Shown here piece by piece: positions 51,318 through 64,000 of a stretch of 64,000 nucleotides of DNA. Positions within the stretch are counted from its first letter, which is position 1; each line of letters begins with the position of its first letter. The notes beneath the pieces were generated by a model. That model was given only the letters and a program-made list of their open reading frames with translations. It was not told where the DNA came from and ran no database searches. The DNA comes from Raillietiella orientalis (Eukaryota), in contig JAYWIR010000001.1 in assembly GCA_036172245.1 (NCBI GenBank), positions 434,001 to 498,000 on the forward strand. The letters run 5' to 3'. A program made the position numbers and the translations under genes.

Positions 51318-52774
51318 GTACGATGCTGGTGCTGCACGGGGGTACCATGGAAAAAAACAGCAGGCTTGACAGCGCTGACGGATGACGTTAAAAATGGGCA
51401 TGATAATAATAATAGGGATGACAGTAAATGGATGCTGAAAACCATCCATGCATTTTCCGACGTGGGGTTGACGCTGCATCCAGCAGGGAGAGATTCTGCG
51501 CTGACAGTTATCCCGTTGCCATAGGAGAGTGACCGCAGCTTGCTCCCATATTCCACGATGACTTTTCTTGCAGCAGCCGACGGCTTCCGCAGGCACCATC
51601 GTTAATCCTTCAGCAGGAGGAACGCCAGCTTGCTATCCATTAGATCTTCTCCCGGAGGGGGCGTTTCCCGACGCGGGCTCGTGCACGGTTCGCCGATCGC
51701 GTCGCTTCCGGACGCCCTCCGTATCCCTCCGCGTGGCGGTGAACCCTCCGTAGGAGCAAGGAAGGAGGGAGGGGGGAGTTGAAAACATTCCCCGTCTCCG
51801 TGATCCGAAGTTTCCGCCTTCCGTCTTGGAACGCGGTCGTCATAGAGAGCGAACGGGCAGCTGCCTCGCAAATGAATGGATCGCCGCAAAGTCCGGAGCT
51901 GCTGGGAGACGAGCTGTCGGCCTCCAAAGTTCCGGGAGACCGGAAGTTTGGAAAGCGCGGTTCCTGCCAAAGCGCTCGACGCTCCGAGAAATCTTCCGAA
52001 AGTAGCAAACGTGGCCAAGGCTCGCTGTACGACCGTACGCGCGCATCCTTCCCGGGTATGTCCCATAAGGGGCGGGAGTCTGTGCTCCGCGGGCTTTCCG
52101 TCGGCGAGGAGGAAGGTCTCGTGATGGCGAGCGTCAGAGGCTGAGCACGGTGGCTGACACTAGATTCGTTATCTGATTCCTCACCAGGGCCAGGGCCGCC
52201 AAGCACCCGGCAGCTTTCGAGACCGGAGATCAGCACGCGGGCCGATGAACTGACGCCGAGATTTCTTCAGCGTTCCTCGCCAACTCGACTCTCCCCGCCG
52301 CGTCCCTTTTGGCAAGAGGACGCTCCGTCCTTCCCTCTCCTCCGTCCCCTATCGCGCTTTCCTAAGTAACCGGATCGGAGGAATCACTTGGATATCCTAG
52401 AGAAGTCTTCGTTCGTTTCTCTCGGAAGAGCTTGCTGGACCGAGCTCGATTCGAATCGGGGAGAGGGAAAAAAGGTCCAGACTCTGCCGGGCTTCCCTGG
52501 GCGTCGTGCCGAGTCGAGACGGTGCGAGCAGATCCCTCTGGGGGAGGCCTCCTAGGCGACTAGGATCGGATTGCTGCCGACCCTGAAGGAAACGTTCGTC
52601 CGCGGGCACGATGCTCCGCGAGCGACAGGCTGCAAGGAACTCCAGTCGGAAACATCGCACGGGGGCTGCACCCCGACGCTCGCGAGCGGTGGTTCACGCA
52701 GAAGTCGTTCCATCCTGCGAGGTGACGGCCGAACTCGGCAAAAGCGGCCACGCAAAAGAGCTACAGGAGTGCAA

Positions 52775-53005
52775 AAGGAAGAAGAGCAAAGGAGGACGAC
52801 GAGGAGAAGGAGAAATTCAAGAGGAATGAGGGAAGAAAGAGAGAAGATGAGGAAGGAAGGAGAAGGAGGAGGAAGAGAGGAAAAGGAGGAAAGAAAAAGA
52901 GAAAGAGAAGGGCGTCTCCTGAATTGTATGAATATTTCTCTGGCTTATCCCTCCGGGTCCAGCACGTCCTGCATGCCAGACCTAGAGGGGAGCCCAGTTT
53001 ATGCA
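52775..53005 (-). repeat. Same repeat, partial inverted copy
   Basis: ggcgtctcctgaattgtatgaatatttctctggcttatccctc is the reverse complement of ~53570-53612; purine tract at 52775-52910. Confidence 0.8.
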
Positions 53006-53427
53006 GGCCAGGCAAAAGATCTAAGAGTCGTGACTCGAGGTCTGTTGGCTGCACCAGTACCCCGGGACCTACTTCGGCAGAATCCGAGTCGGAGGGCGTC
53101 CTTGGCTCCGTGAGACCCTGGGGTGCGCACGTCTGGATGTGCAAAATCCCACTGGGAGCTCCTGCGGCGTTCACGAAGACGACACAAGAGGCACTCGATT
53201 TCCTTCTCCTTCTCTCGGTTTCATCCCTTCCGGGATTCCGAAGGGATGAAAGTTTGCAGTGGGTTTCAATCCTCCTGTCTCCCTGCATTCCTTCTGAATC
53301 TCGTCTGCTTCCCGAGGCACGCCTACCTCCCTTCCCCGATGCCTTCTCCATCTCGACACTCCCGGAAACCGCCTAGCTCGCGTGCAAACGGCCGATGCAC
53401 AGGAGAAGAGGATGCACATCCCCTGCA

Positions 53428-53880
53428 GTAGGAAGCAGGAAGACGAAGGAGGAAGGCAACCCTGCATGGAGTTACGTTGCCGTAGAAACAGGGCATAGAT
53501 GGGAAGAGTTGTGAGCTGCATAAAAGGGACTCCCCCTATAGGTCCGGCATGCAGGATATGCCTGATCCAGAGGGATTAGCCGGAGGGATATTCATACAAT
53601 CCAGGAGACGCCCTCTTCCTCTTCCTCCTTTTCTCTCTCACTCCTCCTCCCCCCTTTCTCTTCCTCTTCCTTTCCTCTTTCTCCACCTTCTTTCTCCCCT
53701 TCCATTTCTCCTTCTCCTTGTGGTCCTCCCTTCCCCTTCCAATCTTCCTATTCCTCTTCTTCCACTCTCTCTTTTCCTTTCTTCCTCCTCCTTTCCTTTT
53801 CTCCCACTCTTCCTCCTCCTCCTCTTCCAATCTTCCTCCTCCCTTCTTCTTCGTCCTTCTCCTTTCCTCTTCTTCCTCAT
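53428..53880 (+). repeat. Same repeat, direct copy 2
   Basis: Direct match to 49890-50310. Confidence 0.85.
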
Positions 53881-55159
53881 TCGCGCGCCCTTCTTCCCGC
53901 CCCCGTGAGGAGGCAGCCATCCCCTCCTCCTCGCTTTCTCTCTCTCTCTCTCTTTTTCTTCGGCGCCTCGGAATCCAGACAACAGCACCTGACAAAGTTC
54001 CGTTCCCTCGGTACTCGGTCTCGCAGCTCGGGCCGTGGGATGTTGCAGTCGAAACCGGGACAGGGGGAGGCAGACGGTACATGGGCTGCCCGGCCTCGAG
54101 ACTTTGTAGTTCTCTGGAGAGACCGTCCGGAAAGACTCCTGGGATGAGGGGCAGTTCCAGCTTCCTCGACAGCGCCTTCCCGGCAAGCAGGAAGAAATTT
54201 ACGGCGTGAGATGGAAGGTCTCCAGGTGAAGGTCAGGCCGCAGATGCAAAGAAACTCCCGCTTCGGTCGGAAGGGCGTAATGATCTACTCGCGTACATCC
54301 CCGGAAGTCGCAAAAAGGAGAGGGAAGGCCGTGTTGGTCTGCGGAGGCAGGTCCGCGGAGGATCCCACCAGCATATTCCCCTTCTTCATTTTGACCCCTC
54401 TCAACGGACACACCAACCGGCTTATTCATTCATTCATTTATTTCATTTCTGAGTCTCTTTGGAGCAGCCATCTTGTTGCTAGTCGATGAGCTAGGAGAAT
54501 CGACCGTTCTGGCCACGAAGTTTTTTTTTGTTTTTTTCCTTTTCTTTTTTCCTACGGGGATCGATTTCCCGCCAGCGAAGCTTCCCTCCTCTTCCTTGCT
54601 TTCCCTCCAAGAAGAGGGAAGAAGCCTCTTGAGGCTGGAAGATGCAGAGGACCACGGAGATTCTTTGCGCGGGAGGGCGAAAAGATGCAGTCCAAGAGGC
54701 AGAGCTGCATCCTTCGTTTAGAGACGCACCTCGTCATCCCGAGCGGGAGATGACGGGATCAGAATCAGCATCCTAAGGGGCGTACAAACCTCCACCGCGC
54801 AGCGAACGGCTCCTGCGAGAACGGCGGCAGCAGACGCGGCCACGGCGGCGATGGGCGCACGCAATCAGCTGAATGCAGGGCATCCCGGAAGAATTCCGGG
54901 GGCAGCGAATTTTCGGGAGTCGCCCGAGGCAGGTTGCTTCACGGTGGGTCTGTGAGTTTCCTAGCTAAGCAGCTTCGCGCCCTCCTCCTCCTTCCTGCCA
55001 TCACCACTTACACCATCACCCATCCTCTCCGCCTCATCACCATTATAATGATTATCATCCACCCATTTCTATTCCTGCTTGAGACTATCGTCGTTGTCAC
55101 CGTCATTGCATTGTCATCATTATTCTCCTCGTGATGATCGTTGCGGTGATGCTGGACAT

Positions 55160-55480
55160 GTTCTTTTCCTCCTCCCTTCCTCTTCCTTTTTTTCTCCTCC
55201 TCTTCCTCCTCTGTGCCTCCTCCTTCTCCTTCCACCTTTTCCTCCCTTCGTCCTCTTCCTCCTCCTCCCTCTTCTTTTCCCTCCCTTTTTCCTCCTTTCT
55301 TCTTCCTCCTCCCTTCGCCTTCCTCACTTCCTCTTCTTCCTCGTCCTTCCTTTTTCCTTTTCTTCAGCTCCTCAATCACCTCTGTTCCTGCTCTTCGTCT
55401 TTCCTTCTTCACTTCACTTCCTCCTCCTTTCTTCTTTTTCTTCTTTTCTTCTTCCTCTTCCTCCTCCTCCCTGTTCCTTC
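55160..55480. repeat. Low-complexity polypyrimidine (CT/CCT/CTT) tract
   Basis: Read directly; the source of several spurious low-complexity ORFs. Confidence 0.9.
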
Positions 55481-56645
55481 CTATGCAGGCTGTGCGATTT
55501 TACCCTGTTCAACATAATCGTACTGGGGACAGCGTGTTCCTGATGTGGGAAGGTCGCACCGTTAGAAAACCGTGCAGGCACAGGGAAGGTCCGTGTGTGT
55601 AGGCCCCGACGTTTGGCATACTTGCTCCATGGTCTCTGCTGTGCTTGAAAACCACTGCGCGGGAAAGGAAGGGCTCACCCGGTGCTTGGATGGAGGCGTT
55701 TCTTTTCTGGTTGCTTCCACCGCTGCTTTTCCGACTGTGGTCACTGACACACAGCGTTGGACCCTTCGGTCTCGGATAGAGGGCGTCGTAGCTACAAGCC
55801 TGGTAGGCGTCATCCATCTGGACGTCCGGGGTCAAGTCGCGAACACCTCACCTCCCTGCCGCGTCACATTCGGGAGCGCGCGGGGAGCGACTCCGTCGTC
55901 CACAGGTGAGGCAGCGAGCTGTGCAGATGGCGACGTCTGTGAGGCTGTCGCAGTTCCTCCCGTTGGCGCGCTTGCGGTGGTCGAAAGCCGAAGAATTCTC
56001 TCCCATGCCCCACAGGCGCCGGGATGGCAGCAGCTCGGGTGCAGGGCGCAGTTTCGCCACGCAAGGGCGCCTCCGTGCGGTAAGCAGCGAAGGGGAGCAC
56101 GGAGCTTCCCGGGAGCACCGCGAGAGCTCCTGCGCGTCCTCCATTCGAGGATCGCCATGCTCCCACCCGGTGAGGGGCTTCCTTGCGGTACAGCTCCCGC
56201 CCTACCGGCTCTCCCGGCAACAGTCGACCCTCCCACAGGTGTCGGTCACCTCCGAATGCCGTTGGGGTTCTTGAGGAGGCCTGAAATCCCCCGGTGCTCT
56301 CCCAGCAGAGAGGCCGTCCGAGGCCTTCAGACTGTGGCCGCGACCGCGCGGAAGAAGAGAGCCGCGGTGGTGGCCGCATGGTTAGAGGGAGCACGCCGGA
56401 GGAGGGCCTCGCAGGAAGATCAGTCCTCGGGCGGTCTCTGCCTCCCAGCATCCACAGTCCTCGGCAGCAGCCGCGCGTTCTGCACCCTCCGGCCGACCTC
56501 CAGGGCCTTCGGCGGGTAAGGCGCTCCAAGACGGACGTCGGGACGCGTCTCCCGCGCATTACTGCTAGACTCCATCTCGCTAGGTGCCCCGGATGGGGCT
56601 TCCAGCGGGACTGCTGCGTCTCCTCACAAATTCTCGATCTTCCAG

Positions 56646-62331
<5,686 letters not shown>

Positions 62332-64000
62332 GTAAGCCACCTCTTCGAACCGCACCCCATCCCCTCCCCTCGCCTTCCGCGAAGGCGCGCCGCGAGCGGA
62401 CGGCGATGAGGTCCCACCGGCAGTTTGCTCTGCCGCTCCGAGCGGCCGTCCGGCGTCGTCGTCGTCTTCCCTTCGCATCTCTTCGACGGGAAACGTGCGC
62501 AGGCGAGGTCCCACGAGGGCGCGCGCCGACCCAAATCCGGGAGAGAAACGAGGGCGACGAGGTGGGCGGCTGCTGAGGCAACCGGGTAGTCGCGGAAGCG
62601 GCGCACCTTCCTGCCCCTTCTTCTGGTCCGGAAGACGCGACCAACGCACCTCTCCCGAGATTCGCGCGATCTGCTTCGAGGGGCAGCCTCGATGGGCTCC
62701 GTCGGCGCTCGGCAGCCTCGTGACAAGTTTGCGCCCGGCCCCGTCGGTGCTGTGGCCTCTACCCGGATCCCCGCTGCCACAGCCAGCCTGCCTCGACCTC
62801 CAGGGGAAAGCCCGCACCCAGCATAGACGGGCTGAGCCTCACGCGCAACGCGAGAGCTTAGGGGAGCTCGCCCCTCGGCTCGCAGGTAGGCGGCCTATGC
62901 CATTCGGGCCAGGCAGACAGAGAGAGACGAAAGGCCGGAGGGGTCCCCGGAGACTACTTCCGCAGAAACTTCGCCTGCCGGAGGGTACCGACAGTTTCCC
63001 AGAACGAATACCAAATCTTGGGTTTCCTGGAGGCGTCCCCATCTGTCCAGGAGATCCCACTGCTTCACCGGGTTCGTGGCACATTGGATGTTCAATCGTC
63101 ACCACCACTTTACTCTTCGACAATCTCCCCACACAATGCATCTCGGTACACGGAGATTTTTTTGTCGCCAATACACCTGGAAAGACAGCTTTTTCCCCTC
63201 ATGTTTCTGAAAGACCTAGGGGGACCTTCAAATTACATAAGTAGCTTTCCCTCCCATCCCTCTCTCTCTTTACTACGCATCATCAACCCTAGGGCATCCA
63301 GTTCTGCTTCACAAACTCAAACTTCTGTAACGCTTACGTATCAGACCTACCATTTTCACGAAGTGAAGGGCTCTCAAGATGAATTCAACTCGCGTTTAAC
63401 CGTAGTTGCCGGCATGTAACGAGCAAAAACTCTCTGTCGATTCCCAGTGCGAACCCGCCTTTCTTAATCAAGATTAAGTACTAAAAATTAAGAGCATCCA
63501 TACCTCTTAAAGTTCACATCCATCTCACTGCATAAACCTACGACAAATGACATGTGAAAATGATCACGAACAGCCTATGCATGTCAGATCCCAAATTTAA
63601 AAACGGGCATTTCTGTCATACTGGCAACTTCCATGAACCCAACCCCCATTTTGTTAAAAACAAAATGTCCGCTCCAAACCACCTCTTGATCTTCAAACTT
63701 CAAAGTGTTCTCAAGTAACCAACGCAGAAAATATATTTAAGGAAAACAGTGGAAACAATTTAATAAAACTTTAAGACAGAAATTTTTAAGAAAAACAGTT
63801 TAATAAAATTTACCTTACACCTTCGATTAACTAGCATACACTTTCTACTCTTTTTTCTTTTTAATATACACATCCTTACTGTATTACAGATCAGTAATTA
63901 TTTATTCTCAAGCTAATCGTTTACGATTTCATATGTTTCAAGGCGTATTCTTCCAAAACTCTCCAGATGTTATTAGAAATCTTACATTGACTATCAAATA

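Noticed and set aside
49786..55602. Lys/Arg/Glu-rich and Phe/Leu/Ser-rich ORFs resembling charged or membrane proteins
   Set aside because: Translations of polypurine/polypyrimidine tracts.
63018..63419. Possible APE endonuclease remnant (ISVHGDF in an overlapping frame) or further Cav1 exon
   Set aside because: Only a 3-residue motif match, and no Cav1 pore-loop sequence found; the next exon presumably lies beyond the window.

Overview
Eukaryotic (invertebrate-like, probably arthropod; species not identifiable by eye) genomic window. Two host genes are well supported. (1) A complete six-exon DCP1 mRNA-decapping gene on the minus strand (13818-16395), lying in an AT-rich, CpG-depleted, TE-poor island, with very short introns including a 47-nt GC-AG intron. 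(2) The 5' part of an L-type voltage-gated calcium channel alpha-1 (Cav1) gene on the plus strand (five exons, 56646-62331; N-terminus with NSCaTE motif through repeat I S5), containing a U12-type (minor spliceosome) intron. The rest is GC/CpG-rich and packed with decayed mobile DNA: about eight copies of a ~700-750 bp tRNA-headed SINE, many 5'-truncated L1/Tx1-like LINE 3' ends (zf-RVT-like), two ORF1 remnants, a Tigger/pogo-like MITE, and an intronless, stop-containing non-muscle myosin II tail fragment fused to a LINE/SINE 3' end. Most ORFs in the supplied track are spurious. I found no convincing new multi-gene system. The best leads are the SINE-LINE shared tail, the myosin capture, the Cav1 N-terminal and splicing features, and the CpG-depletion island. 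All alignments and counts were done by eye, and repeat boundaries are approximate.
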